DNA of 63,863 nucleotides, the filler included, from Sandaracinaceae bacterium (lineage in GTDB: Bacteria > Myxococcota_A > Polyangia > Polyangiales > JADJQN01): NCBI GenBank assembly GCA_947483975.1. It is 3 parts of 3 records of this genome, joined end to end, with 100 filler letters (N's around TTAATTAATTAA, not from the genome) between each part and the next. Parts side by side here need not be neighbours in the genome. Positions count along the whole stretch, not along the records: positions 1 to 24,481 come from CANKOL010000033.1; 2 more parts are not named here. One strand, 5' to 3'. The first letter of the stretch is position 1. The number at the start of each line of letters is the position of its first letter. Shown here in pieces: positions 9,760-20,714 of this stretch. The translations under genes were made by a program, and so were the position numbers. The notes below the pieces were generated by a model. It ran no database searches, had not been told where the DNA came from, and worked only from the letters and a program-made list of their open reading frames with translations.

Positions 9760-10320
9760 TCAGCGCGGCGTCGGATAGAGCCACTTCCAGAGGGTGCGCG
9801 TGACGAGCGGCATCACCAGCCAGGTCATCATCAGCACCGAGAGCCCCGCGCTCGCGTACACCCGCGGCACCTCGGGCCAAGCGCGCAGCAGCGGCCCGAC
9901 GAGCGTCGAGATGACGAGGATGACGGGCGAGAGCGCCAGCCAGGTGAGGAGCGCCATCTTCCAGCGCGGAGGCGGGCTCTGCGTCGGGTGCCCGGGGAGC
10001 GTGAACCACGTCTCGAGCCCCGTCTGCGACTGCACGACGGCGGGGCCTTCGGTCAGGTCAGCGCCGCGCGCGAGCCACTCGGCGCGCTCTTTCGAGTGCG
10101 TCCAGCCGTCGAGGTGCGCCTGCGTCGCGTAGCGAAACACGAGCATCACCTCGCGCGGTGCCGGTCGGAGCACCACCGTGCCCTCGTGGCCCGGCAGCAC
10201 GCTCGACGCGCGCACCACTCCTCCCAGCCACGTCTCGAACTCGTGCTCGAGGCCCGCGCGAATCCTTCTGTGCACGACGGTCGTGACAGGCAGCGCGGGC
10301 GCTTCTGGCTCGGGCGACAC
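9760..10320 (-). CDS. Antibiotic biosynthesis monooxygenase-like membrane protein
   Basis: ABM-like N-terminus, TGLETWF, PPPRWKM and two C-terminal TM helices; GTG 10320 chosen. Confidence 0.75.
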   Translation of the reverse strand: MSPEPEAPALPVTTVVHRRIRAGLEHEFETWLGGVVRASSVLPGHEGTVVLRPAPREVMLVFRYATQAHLDGWTHSKERAEWLARGADLTEGPAVVQSQTGLETWFTLPGHPTQSPPPRWKMALLTWLALSPVILVISTLVGPLLRAWPEVPRVYASAGLSVLMMTWLVMPLVTRTLWKWLYPTPR

Positions 10321-10322
10321 GC

Positions 10323-10505
10323 TCAGGGCTGGTGAACGCCTAGCCAGGTCGTGAGGTTCGCGAGCGAGTAGAGGATCGCGAGGCAAACCGGGACGACGAT
10401 CGCGCAGAGCATGACGAGCCGCAGCCCCGTCCACGTCTCTTCTTCTGCCTGAATGCGGTCTTCGCCCGCCTGATCGATCTCGACGTTGACGTAGGTCTTG
10501 CTCAC
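10323..10505 (-). CDS. Small single-TM hypothetical protein (60 aa)
   Basis: AGGAG RBS then GTG; acidic N-terminus and hydrophobic C-terminus. Confidence 0.6.
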   Translation of the reverse strand: MSKTYVNVEIDQAGEDRIQAEEETWTGLRLVMLCAIVVPVCLAILYSLANLTTWLGVHQP

Positions 10506-10595
10506 GGCTGCTCCTGAATCGACCCGTTGGATCTCACGCGTGCGCGCCCGCGTCAAGCGCCTGACGAGGCGCTCGACGCAGAGCGTGCGGACGGA

Positions 10596-11135
10596 TCACT
10601 TCTTCTTGCTGAGCGTGTCCTGGCCCTTTTCCCAGCCGCAGGGGGTCAGCTCTTCGGTCTGGAGGGCGTCGAGCGTGCGCAGGACTTCCTTCACGTTGCG
10701 GCCGACCGAGAGGTCGTACGCCGTCACCGCGCGGATCGTGCCCGTCGGGTCGATGACGAAGGTGACGCGGAGCGCCGCGCCCGCGCCCGGGCGGATCACG
10801 CCGAGGTCCGACGCAAGCTGCGGGGTGAGGTGAATCAGGGGGTGGTTGATGGCGCGGAGCCCCGGATGGCTGTTGCGCCAGGCGAGGTGACAGAACTCGT
10901 TGTCCGTGCTGCCGCCGACGACGACCGCGCCGCGCTCGGCGAACGCCGGGAGGGCGTTGTCGAACTCGATGATCTCGGTCGGGCAGACGAAGGTGAAGTC
11001 CTTCGGATAGAAGTAGAGGACGAGCCACTTGCCGGCGAAGTCGGTGTCCGACACAGGCTTGAACTCACTGCCCGGCTCGACGCTCACTGCAGCAGGGACC
11101 TTGAACGATGGGAGCTTGTCGCCGACGGTCAGCAT
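10596..11135 (-). CDS. ahpC: Peroxiredoxin AhpC
   Basis: FYPKDFTFVCPTE, VGRN, C-terminal PCGW; GGAGG RBS. Confidence 0.9.
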   Translation of the reverse strand: MLTVGDKLPSFKVPAAVSVEPGSEFKPVSDTDFAGKWLVLYFYPKDFTFVCPTEIIEFDNALPAFAERGAVVVGGSTDNEFCHLAWRNSHPGLRAINHPLIHLTPQLASDLGVIRPGAGAALRVTFVIDPTGTIRAVTAYDLSVGRNVKEVLRTLDALQTEELTPCGWEKGQDTLSKKK

Positions 11136-11316
11136 GGGAATCCTCCGGGGAGAGACGGGTGAGCTTCTGTTGAGAGACCGCGGCGCAGGACGCCGCGTGG
11201 CCCCTGTATAGGGACGACCGGCGGGACTGGCAACGGGCCGGCGGTTGGTCGCGGTGAGCCGTCCTGCGTTACGGCGTTCGAACGGGTGGTTCGCATCCGC
11301 GCTACCGTGCCTCTCG

Positions 11317-12477
<1,161 letters not shown>

Positions 12478-12594
12478 GGCGCGCTTCGAAGCGCCGCCCG
12501 GTGGACCTGTTCGCGGACGCTGGTCGACCAGTTGCGTGCGTCGTTTTGGCGTTGTGGCAAATCCGTGACTTGAGACGTGGCTGCGCGTCGTGCT

Positions 12595-12609
12595 ACTGGT
12601 TGGACCAGT
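12595..12609. promoter_or_regulatory. FadR/GntR-type operator palindrome
   Basis: ACTGGT-TGG-ACCAGT just upstream of the regulator ATG; related CTGGTCGACCAG at 12520-12531. Confidence 0.7.
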
Positions 12610-12610
12610 C

Positions 12611-13321
12611 ATGGCCGACCTCACGCAGCCGAAGATCGCCGACCGAATCGCCACGACGTTGCGGCGCGCCATCGTCGCGGGCGAGCTTCAGCCCGGGGAC
12701 GCGCTGCCGTCGGAGCGGGACCTGGCGGACGAGTACGACGTCAACCGCGCGTCGATCCGGGAGGCGGTGCGGCGGCTCGAGTCGTGGGGCCTCGTCAAGG
12801 TCCGGCAGGGGAGCGCGACGCGCGTCGCGGACCTCTTCGCGTCCGCGGGGCTCGACCTGGTGCCGCATCTCTTCGAGGTGGGCGCGAGCGTCGAGCCGAG
12901 CATCCTGCGCGACCTGCACGAGCTGCGGGCGCTCCTGCTCGGCTGGGCGGCGGAGCGCGCGGCGCTGCAGGCGGACCCGGCGTCGATCGCGCGGCTCGAC
13001 GAGCTCGCGCGGCGGCTCGCGCAGGAGGCGGGGCGCCCCGCGGTGCTGCAGGCGCTCGACTACGACTTCTTCCAAGAGCTCGTCGCCATCACCGGCAATC
13101 GCATCTTGATGCTGTTCGCGAGCTTCGTGCGGCGCATCTACGAGTCGGGCCAAGACCGCTTCGCGCAGATGTACGCGACTGGCATCTTCGACGCCTCGCA
13201 CCATCGGCGCGCCGTCGAGGCGCTTCGCGCGCACGACCCCGTCGCGGCAGGCGATGCGATGCGCGCGCACGCCGAGACCGCCCTGCGCACGGTCGAGCCG
13301 CACGCGAAGGGGAAGCGCTGA
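12611..13321 (+). CDS. GntR/FadR family transcriptional regulator
   Basis: LPSERDLA...VNRASIREA wHTH plus FCD-like domain (D..F..ELV..TGN). Confidence 0.92.
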   Translation: MADLTQPKIADRIATTLRRAIVAGELQPGDALPSERDLADEYDVNRASIREAVRRLESWGLVKVRQGSATRVADLFASAGLDLVPHLFEVGASVEPSILRDLHELRALLLGWAAERAALQADPASIARLDELARRLAQEAGRPAVLQALDYDFFQELVAITGNRILMLFASFVRRIYESGQDRFAQMYATGIFDASHHRRAVEALRAHDPVAAGDAMRAHAETALRTVEPHAKGKR

Positions 13322-14376
13322 TGTCGCTCCTGGGTCGCGCCGCGGAGCCGCCTGCCAATACGCCGCGCTTCACCGGCGCGCCGGGGCACGTCGAGAGCTA
13401 CTTCCTGCGCGCGAACGATCCGACGCGCCCGCGCGCGCTCTGGCTGAAGGCGACGATCCTCGCGCCGCTCGACGGGCCGCCGGTCGCGGAGACCTGGCTG
13501 ATCTGGTTCGACGGCGAGGCCAACCGTACGTTCGCCGCCAAGCGGACGCTGCCGCTCGACGCCGCGATGTTCCGCGCGACGAGCGCGGGCGCGGACGTGC
13601 GCATCGCCGACTGGGCGCTACGCCTCGGTGACGACGGCGCGGGGAAGGGCAGCCTCGACTCGACGCAGGGCACCGCGACGTTCGAGCTCGGGTGGAGGCG
13701 CGCGGAGTCGGCGGTCGCCGCGCCGCTGTCGATCTTCCCGTGGAGAGTCCTCCGCGAGGGCCCGTTTCCGAAGTCCAAGCTGCTGACTCCCGAGCCGTAT
13801 CTCGTGTTCTCTGGGAGCCTATCCGTGCCATTGCAGAGTGGCACTCTCGGCGAGCGTGAGACTGTCACTCTCGATGGCTGGATTGGCATGCAAGGGCATA
13901 ACTGGGGCAAGGAGCACGCGTTCGAATACGCGTGGGGGCAGTGCCTGTTTCCCGCGGCGGGTGGCGAGCCTGCGGCGATGGTCGAGGCGTTCACGGGGCG
14001 GGTGCGCGTCGCCGGGCAGACGTCGCCGCGCTTGTCGGCGGCGATCGTGCGGCGCGGTGAGCGCGAGTATCGCTTCGACCGTGTCTTCGATTTCTGGAAG
14101 CAAGAGGCGCACGTCACCTCGACGCGCTGGACTCTGCGCCTCGCGGGGCCCGACGCTGAGCTGCGCCTCCGCATGGACGCGACGACGCGCCCGTTCGCCT
14201 GCCTCGGCTACGAGAGCCCGGATCACACGCTCGCGTATTGCTTCAACAGCAAGCTCGCGGAGGTGCTGCTCGAGGTCCAGCCGCGCGGCGAGTCCGCCTT
14301 CACCTGCCGCTCGGCGCACGGCGGGGCGCTCGAGCTCTTGCGGCGTGAGCGGGACTCGCGGCTGACGGTGATCTGA
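13321..14376 (+). CDS. Hypothetical protein, tocopherol cyclase/CrtC-like beta fold
   Basis: GHVESYFLR, GMQGHNWG.EHA..YAWGQC; start overlaps regulator stop. Confidence 0.6.
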   Translation: MSLLGRAAEPPANTPRFTGAPGHVESYFLRANDPTRPRALWLKATILAPLDGPPVAETWLIWFDGEANRTFAAKRTLPLDAAMFRATSAGADVRIADWALRLGDDGAGKGSLDSTQGTATFELGWRRAESAVAAPLSIFPWRVLREGPFPKSKLLTPEPYLVFSGSLSVPLQSGTLGERETVTLDGWIGMQGHNWGKEHAFEYAWGQCLFPAAGGEPAAMVEAFTGRVRVAGQTSPRLSAAIVRRGEREYRFDRVFDFWKQEAHVTSTRWTLRLAGPDAELRLRMDATTRPFACLGYESPDHTLAYCFNSKLAEVLLEVQPRGESAFTCRSAHGGALELLRRERDSRLTVI

Positions 14377-14408
14377 GGCGTTCGTTCCAAGAGAAGGGGG
14401 AGTGCGCG

Positions 14409-14885
14409 ATGCGACTGTCATTCGTCGAGACCATGCGAGGCAACGTGAAGGACACGCGGGGGAGCGAGCACTCGCTCTCCTTCGACGTCACCGCCGTCGG
14501 CGGGCTGAGGGGGCGCTTCGCGCTGCGTGGGCTGGCGCAGGCGTCGCCTTGGGCGCGCGAGGCTGCGGCGCAGGGCACGCTCACCATCGCGCCGCTCGCG
14601 CGGACGGTCACCTACGTCCTGCGCTTCGACTCGGACGCGGGCGAGCAGATCGTGCTCGACGCGCAGAAGCGCTTCTCGCTCCTCGCGCCGCTGCGCTCGA
14701 TGACGCTGATGCCGGTGACCGTGCGCGACGGCACGGGCAACGTGCTCGCGCGCGGCGAGATGTCGTTCGACCTGCGCGAGCTGCTGCCGTTCCTCGCGTC
14801 GTGGCTCCCCGTCGTGAAGCTGCAGCAGAGGCGCCTCGATGTGCGGCGTCGCGCGGTCGCGCGCACTCAGCTGCGCGGGGCGTGA
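14409..14885 (+). CDS. Hypothetical protein
   Basis: RBS GGGGGAG; LSFVETMRG start resembles an accessory domain of some cholesterol-oxidase-like GMC proteins (weak). Confidence 0.65.
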   Translation: MRLSFVETMRGNVKDTRGSEHSLSFDVTAVGGLRGRFALRGLAQASPWAREAAAQGTLTIAPLARTVTYVLRFDSDAGEQIVLDAQKRFSLLAPLRSMTLMPVTVRDGTGNVLARGEMSFDLRELLPFLASWLPVVKLQQRRLDVRRRAVARTQLRGA

Positions 14886-14892
14886 GGCGAGC

Positions 14893-16827
14893 ATGAGGTT
14901 CAGCGACGCCGAACTCACAATTGTGCGCGCGCTCGGGGCGACGGCGCTCCCCGCGGGCAGCCTGCTGAGCAGCCCGCGCGACGCGACGTATCGGCGGCTC
15001 GAGCGCTTCTTCGAGGGCAACGCGGAGGCCGTGGGGAAGGGCTATCGCGCGCTGCTCTGGTCGCTCGAGCTAGTCACGCTCGCGAGCGACGGCGCGCGCT
15101 TCTCGTCGCTCTCCGACGACGCGCGGCTGCGCGTGCTCGATGTGTGGAGTCAGTCCGAGACGCTGCGCCTGCCGCTCCGGGGGCTGCTGATGCCGCTGAA
15201 GATGGCGCACTTCGACGATCCGAAGATCTACGCGGCGCTCGGCTGTCGCTACTCGGTCGAGGTGCCGACCAAGCTCGAGCCTGCGCGCTGGCGCGAGCAG
15301 CTTTCGGACGCGAGCGCGCTGCCGGACGGCGAGACGCTCGAGTGCGACGTCGTCGTCGTCGGCAGCGGCGCGGGCGGCGCGCCCGTCGCGAAGGTGTTGG
15401 CGGAGCGCGGTCACGCGGTGCTCGTGCTCGAGGAGGGGCAGCACTTCACGCGCCTCGACTTCGACGGGCGCCCGCTCGCGATGCTGCAGAAGGCCTATCG
15501 AAAGCACGGTTTGACGGTCGCCTATGGCAACACGGCGATCCCGATCCCGGTCGGCGCGGGCGTCGGGGGCACGACGCTGATCAACTCGGGTACTTGCTTT
15601 CGCGTGCCCGAGACGACGCTCGCCGAGTGGCACGCACAGTACGGGCTGCATGAGCTGACGACCGACTCGCTCGCGCCGTTCTACGAGACCGCCGAGCGCT
15701 TCCTCGAGGTCGGCCCCTCGTCGAAGGCCGCCCTCGGCAAGCCCGCGGAGGTGATCGCGAAGGGCTGCGATGTGCTCGGCTACTCGCATCACGCGCTGCC
15801 TCGCAACGCGCCCGGCTGCGACGGACAAGGGCTCTGCTGCTTCGGCTGCCCGACCGACGCGAAACGCTCCGCCAACATCTCCTGGGTGCCCGCGGCGCTC
15901 TCGTCGGGCGCGCAGTTGTTGACGGGCTTCAAGGTCGAGCGCGTGCTGACGGAGGGCGATGTGGCCGTCGGCGTCGTCGGCGTCGCGCAGGGGCCGTCGG
16001 GACCCACTCGGCTCACCGTGAGGGCGCGCGTCGTCGTGCTCGCGTGCGGGACGCTCTACACGCCGCACTTGCTGCTGCGGAGTGGACTCGCCAACGCCTC
16101 CGATCAGGTGGGGCGCAACCTCTCGATCCATCCCGCGTCGGGCGCCGCGGGCGTCTTCAGCGAGGACCTCGAGGGCTGGAAGACCGTCCCGCAGGGCTAC
16201 GCGATCGACGAATTCCGCGACGAAGGGCTGATGTTCGAGGGAGCGCACACGCCGCTCGACATCACCGCCGCGACGCTGACGACGTACGGGCCGCGCTTCA
16301 CCTCGATGATGGAGCAGTACCGACGCACCATCGGCTTCGGCTTCATGATCAAGGACCGCTCGCGCGGGCGCGTGAGCCTCGGCAGCGGTGGTGAGCCGCG
16401 TCTCAGCTACTGGCTCGGACGGCGCGATCTTGCGCAGATGGTTCGTGGCTTCGGCATCCTCGCGCGCGTCCTCTTCGCGGCGGGCGCGCAGACCGTGCAC
16501 CCGTCGATCGCGTTCCACGAGCGCCTGGCGAGCCTCGCCGACGTCGAGGCGCTCGAGCGCTCGAACGTGGCTGCGCGGCACCTCGACATCACCGCGTACC
16601 ATCCGCTCGGGACTTGCCGCATGGGTCACGACCCGTTCTCCTCGGTCGTCGACCCGACGCACGAGACGCACGACGTGCACAACCTCTTCGTGGTCGACGG
16701 CTCCGTCGTGCCGGGGTCGCTCGGGGTGAACCCGCAGTTGACGATCATGGCCCTGGCGCTCCGCGCCGCGGAGCACCTCGATCAGCGCCTCGCCGTGCTC
16801 AACGCCCGCGCCGCGCGCGCCGCCTGA
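14893..16827 (+). CDS. GMC family oxidoreductase
   Basis: VVGSGAGG, GVGGTTLINSG, CxGxGxCxFGCP, VGRNLSIHP, YHPLGTCRMG, LGVNPQLTI. Confidence 0.9.
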   Translation: MRFSDAELTIVRALGATALPAGSLLSSPRDATYRRLERFFEGNAEAVGKGYRALLWSLELVTLASDGARFSSLSDDARLRVLDVWSQSETLRLPLRGLLMPLKMAHFDDPKIYAALGCRYSVEVPTKLEPARWREQLSDASALPDGETLECDVVVVGSGAGGAPVAKVLAERGHAVLVLEEGQHFTRLDFDGRPLAMLQKAYRKHGLTVAYGNTAIPIPVGAGVGGTTLINSGTCFRVPETTLAEWHAQYGLHELTTDSLAPFYETAERFLEVGPSSKAALGKPAEVIAKGCDVLGYSHHALPRNAPGCDGQGLCCFGCPTDAKRSANISWVPAALSSGAQLLTGFKVERVLTEGDVAVGVVGVAQGPSGPTRLTVRARVVVLACGTLYTPHLLLRSGLANASDQVGRNLSIHPASGAAGVFSEDLEGWKTVPQGYAIDEFRDEGLMFEGAHTPLDITAATLTTYGPRFTSMMEQYRRTIGFGFMIKDRSRGRVSLGSGGEPRLSYWLGRRDLAQMVRGFGILARVLFAAGAQTVHPSIAFHERLASLADVEALERSNVAARHLDITAYHPLGTCRMGHDPFSSVVDPTHETHDVHNLFVVDGSVVPGSLGVNPQLTIMALALRAAEHLDQRLAVLNARAARAA

Positions 16828-16881
16828 GAACGCTCACGTCGCTCACCAGCGAGCGGCTATGCTCGCCGCTGGAGACGCGCG

Positions 16882-18084
16882 ATGTCCCGCAAGATCGAGC
16901 TGACCTGGGTTTGCTCCTCGTGCCAGTTCCGAAACCTCGGGCGGCACAAGGAATGTCAGCAGTGCGGCAATCCCAAGGACGACACCGAGAAGTACGAGAT
17001 GCCGGGCGAGACGCGCGCGGTCGCCTCCGTCGTCGACGCCAAGCTGCTCCAGCAAGCGAGCGCGGGCGCCGACTGGCGCTGTAGGTACTGCGGTAGCGAT
17101 CAGCGGCGCCTCGATCATCGCTGCGCGCAGTGCGGCGCGGACTCGAGCGAGGGCGCGAGCGTCAATGAAGGTGTCGCCGCGCCATTTTCGGCACCGCAGC
17201 CCGTGCCGCGCGCGCGTTCGCCGCGGCGTCTCGGGCTCCTCGTCGCAGGGGTCGTCGGCGTGCTCGGTGCGCTGCTGTTCTCGTGCGTCGCGTTCGGAGC
17301 GCTCGCGTCGTGGTGGAGCGGGCGTCCGCGCGAGGTCCGCGTCGCGGGCACGACGTGGGAGCAGGTCGTGCACGTCGACCGCTACCGGGTGTTCGACCGT
17401 GAGGGCTTCGCCGAGGCGCGCAGCCCCGGCGCCTTCGAGGTGCGCTCGCTCGGGCCGCGACGCCACCACGACGAGCAGGTCTTCGATCACCTCGAGACGG
17501 TGCACTTCACCGAGCGGGTGCAGGACGGCTACGACACCGAGACGTACTCCGAGCGGGTGTCGTGCGGGGAGGACTGCACGACGACGCCGGAGACGTGTCA
17601 CGAGGTCTGCACCAACGACAACAACGGCTTCGCGTCGTGCAGCGACGTCTGCTCTGGCGGCGGTCAGTCCTGCTCGACGCGCTACTGCGACGAGGCGCGC
17701 ACGCGGCAGGTGCCGCGCTTCCGCGACGAACCGCGCACGCGCGAGGAGCCGCGCTACCGCGCCGAGCCGCGCTTCGCCGAGTGGTTTGCGTACAAAGAGT
17801 GGGCCTGGGGCGAGGACCGCGTGCTCCGAGAGGCAGGCGCGGACACCGCGTCGCGCTGGCCGAGCCCCGCGGCGATTCACCTCGCGGTGGGGTTGCGCCA
17901 GGGCGAGCTCGAGCGCGAGCGCAGGGAGGCGCGATATGCGGTGCGCTTCGCTGATGACGACGGCGACAGCTACGCGCTCGTGCCGGCGAGCGAGCCGGAC
18001 TTCGCACGCTTTCCGCTCGGGAGCCGGCACCGAATCCGCGCGTCCGGCGGGCAAGTCGAAGCGGTGCTCGCCCCGGGGGAGTGA
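16882..18084 (+). CDS. Membrane protein with two RanBP2-type zinc ribbons and a Cys-rich extracytoplasmic region
   Basis: WxCxxC-x10-CxxC twice, one TM helix, 8-Cys cluster. Confidence 0.8.
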   Translation: MSRKIELTWVCSSCQFRNLGRHKECQQCGNPKDDTEKYEMPGETRAVASVVDAKLLQQASAGADWRCRYCGSDQRRLDHRCAQCGADSSEGASVNEGVAAPFSAPQPVPRARSPRRLGLLVAGVVGVLGALLFSCVAFGALASWWSGRPREVRVAGTTWEQVVHVDRYRVFDREGFAEARSPGAFEVRSLGPRRHHDEQVFDHLETVHFTERVQDGYDTETYSERVSCGEDCTTTPETCHEVCTNDNNGFASCSDVCSGGGQSCSTRYCDEARTRQVPRFRDEPRTREEPRYRAEPRFAEWFAYKEWAWGEDRVLREAGADTASRWPSPAAIHLAVGLRQGELERERREARYAVRFADDDGDSYALVPASEPDFARFPLGSRHRIRASGGQVEAVLAPGE

Positions 18085-18140
18085 GTCGGTCGTGAGCGAA
18101 CGCTTGCGCCGCGCCCGTCGCTGCGCTCTGCTTCGCGGGC

Positions 18141-19679
18141 TTGGGAACGACGACCTCGTCTGAAGCGTCCGCGGTGGCGGACGCTGCTGTCGCTGGGGAG
18201 GGCAGCAGTTCGCGCGCGGCCGCCACGGTGAAGCGCATCACCGAGGGGCCGCTGGCGTCGGGTATTGCGCGCTTTGGGCTGCCGCTCGTCGTCGGCATGG
18301 TCCTGCACACCACGTTCAACCTCGTCGACATGTTCATGATCGGCAAGCTGCCGAACGGCGGCGTCGGGCTCGCGGCGCTCGGCATCTGCGACATGGTCGC
18401 CGCCGTCGCGACCATCCTGTCGAACGGCGTCTCGACGGCGACCGTCGCGCTCATCTCACGCCGCCTCGGCGGGCGCGACGTCGAGGGCGTGGCCCGCGCG
18501 GGCTGGCAGTCGCTCGTGCTCGTCGGCGCCCTTTCCCTCGTGTTTGGGGTGCTCGGCCTCTTCGGGCACGACTTCGTCATCCGCACGGTGATGCAGGCGA
18601 AGGGCGAGACGGCGACGGTCGCGTCCGCGTACCTGCAGGTCATCCTCGGCGGTTGCTTCTCGATCTTCTTCTTGCTGCAGATCACCGCGATTCTCCGCGC
18701 GCGCGGGCACAGCAAGTCGGCGGCGGCGCTCCTCGTCGGGGGCAATCTGCTCAACGTGCTGCTGAATCCCTTTCTCATCTACGGCACCGGGGACTACCCG
18801 GCCGTGTTCGCATTTTGCGCCCCGCTCGCGCACGCGCTCGACGCGCCTCGCCTCGGCGTGATGGGCGCGGCATGGGCGACGCTCGCCGGGCGGAGCGTGC
18901 CGGTGCTGATCGGCGCGCTGCTCCTGATGTTCGACCGGGACGCGCCGCCGTTCCGCCTCTCGCACCTGCGACCCGACCTCACCGAGCTTCGCTTGCTCGT
19001 GCGCATCGGCTGGCCCTCGAGCGCGCAGTTCGTGCTGCGCGTCTCGTCGATCCTCGTCTTCATCTCGCTGCTGACGGCGAACTACACGACGGCGAGCGAC
19101 CCCTCCGCGCTGACCGCCTACAGCGTGTGCCTGCGCCTCGAGACGATGGCGCTCTTCGTCGGCATGGGCTGGGGCGCGGCGGCGTCGACCTACGTCGGCG
19201 TCAACCTCGGCGCTGGCTTGCGCGAGCGCGCCAAGCGGGCGGGCTTCTACGCGGCGGGGCTCAACACGCTCTTCATGCTCGCGCTGACGGCGCTCTACCT
19301 CACGTTCGCGCGGCAGATCATCGGCTTCTTCGACGCGGCGCCCGCGGTCATCGGGGCCGGCGAGGAGTACCTCTGGCGCGTCGGGCTCACCTACGCCGTC
19401 GTCGGCGTCGGGCTGGTCCTCTCGCAGGCGATGACGGGCGCAGGCGCGACGCTGCCGAGCCTCGTGCTCGATCTCGTCGGGCTTCTCGGGCTGACGATCC
19501 CGCTCGCCTACGTCGTGACGAGCGTGCTCGGCCTCGACCGCGTGTGGCTCTGGAACGTCATCGCCCTCGGCAACTGCGCGTCCGTGATCGCGTACGTCAT
19601 CTACTACGCGCGCGGGCACTTCTTGGACAAGCGCTTCGAGCAGGGGGGCGAGCAGCCGCTCGCCGCGCCGCTGCCCTGA
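18141..19679 (+). CDS. MATE family efflux transporter (start uncertain)
   Basis: ITEGP...P, FNLVDMFMIGKL, LRARG, LGVMGAAWAT, VGVNLGA. Confidence 0.88.
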   Translation: MGTTTSSEASAVADAAVAGEGSSSRAAATVKRITEGPLASGIARFGLPLVVGMVLHTTFNLVDMFMIGKLPNGGVGLAALGICDMVAAVATILSNGVSTATVALISRRLGGRDVEGVARAGWQSLVLVGALSLVFGVLGLFGHDFVIRTVMQAKGETATVASAYLQVILGGCFSIFFLLQITAILRARGHSKSAAALLVGGNLLNVLLNPFLIYGTGDYPAVFAFCAPLAHALDAPRLGVMGAAWATLAGRSVPVLIGALLLMFDRDAPPFRLSHLRPDLTELRLLVRIGWPSSAQFVLRVSSILVFISLLTANYTTASDPSALTAYSVCLRLETMALFVGMGWGAAASTYVGVNLGAGLRERAKRAGFYAAGLNTLFMLALTALYLTFARQIIGFFDAAPAVIGAGEEYLWRVGLTYAVVGVGLVLSQAMTGAGATLPSLVLDLVGLLGLTIPLAYVVTSVLGLDRVWLWNVIALGNCASVIAYVIYYARGHFLDKRFEQGGEQPLAAPLP

Positions 19680-19742
19680 CGTTGCGCGCGCCGCGCCGAC
19701 AGCCCATGAACTCCGCCCCGTTTCGAGGAGCCCGTACGGCCG

Positions 19743-20612
19743 ATGTCGAACCCTGAGATCCTGACCCCCGTGATGATCGAGAAAGTGCGCGCCGCCTGTC
19801 AGCTCGCGGCCGACACGCTCGTGGTCGTCGGGGAGAGCCTCGCGGCCGGCATGACGACGAACGACCTCGACACGATCGTGCACGACTACACGCTCGCGCA
19901 CGGCGCGTATCCGTCGCCGCTCAACTACAAGGGCTTCCCGAAGAGCGTCTGCACGAGCCCGAACGAGGTCGTCTGCCACGGCATCCCGAGCAAGCGGGTG
20001 CTCGCGAACGGCGACATCGTGAACGTCGACGTCACCTCGTACCTGCCGTCGAAGCACGGCTGGCATGGCGACACGAGCGCGACGTTCTACGTCGGTGAGC
20101 CGAGCGAGGACGCGAAGAAGGTCACCGAGGTCGCGCGCCGCTGCCTGGAGCTCGGTGTGAGCGTGGTGAAGGACGGCGCGCGCATCGGCGACATCGGCGC
20201 GGCGATCCAGGGCTACGCGGAGGCGCAGGGCTGCTCGGTCGTGCGCGAGTACGTCGGGCACGGCATCGGGCGCGAATTCCACACGGCGCCGCAGGTCCCG
20301 CACTACTTCGACGCGAAGCAGAACAAGCGCATGAAGGCGGGCTGGGTCTTCACGATCGAGCCGATGATCAACCTCGGCGACTGGCGCACCGAGGAGCTCG
20401 CCGACGGCTGGACCGTCGTCACCAAGGACCGGACCTTGAGCGCGCAGTTCGAGCACACGCTGCTCGTCACGCACAGCGGCTGCGAGGTGCTCACGTCGCG
20501 GCGCGCGGTGCTGCGGCACAGCGAAGACAAACCCTGGTCGGCGCTCGGGCCGCTGACGACGGCCGCCGCCTACGCCGCGCGCCATGCCGGCACGCCCGGT
20601 GTTTCCGGCTGA
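19743..20612 (+). CDS. map: Methionine aminopeptidase type I
   Basis: FPKSVCTSPNEVVCHGIP, GWHGD, GHGIG, FTIEPMIN, SAQFEHT. Confidence 0.96.
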   Translation: MSNPEILTPVMIEKVRAACQLAADTLVVVGESLAAGMTTNDLDTIVHDYTLAHGAYPSPLNYKGFPKSVCTSPNEVVCHGIPSKRVLANGDIVNVDVTSYLPSKHGWHGDTSATFYVGEPSEDAKKVTEVARRCLELGVSVVKDGARIGDIGAAIQGYAEAQGCSVVREYVGHGIGREFHTAPQVPHYFDAKQNKRMKAGWVFTIEPMINLGDWRTEELADGWTVVTKDRTLSAQFEHTLLVTHSGCEVLTSRRAVLRHSEDKPWSALGPLTTAAAYAARHAGTPGVSG

Positions 20613-20714
20613 CCCGGACTGCTCACAGCGCGGGCTTGCTCCGCGGGCGCGCCTAAAGCAGATTGCCGCCGCGTCGAGTGGCTCGCTTCCCCATCACGCG
20701 CTGGAGTGTTCCCG

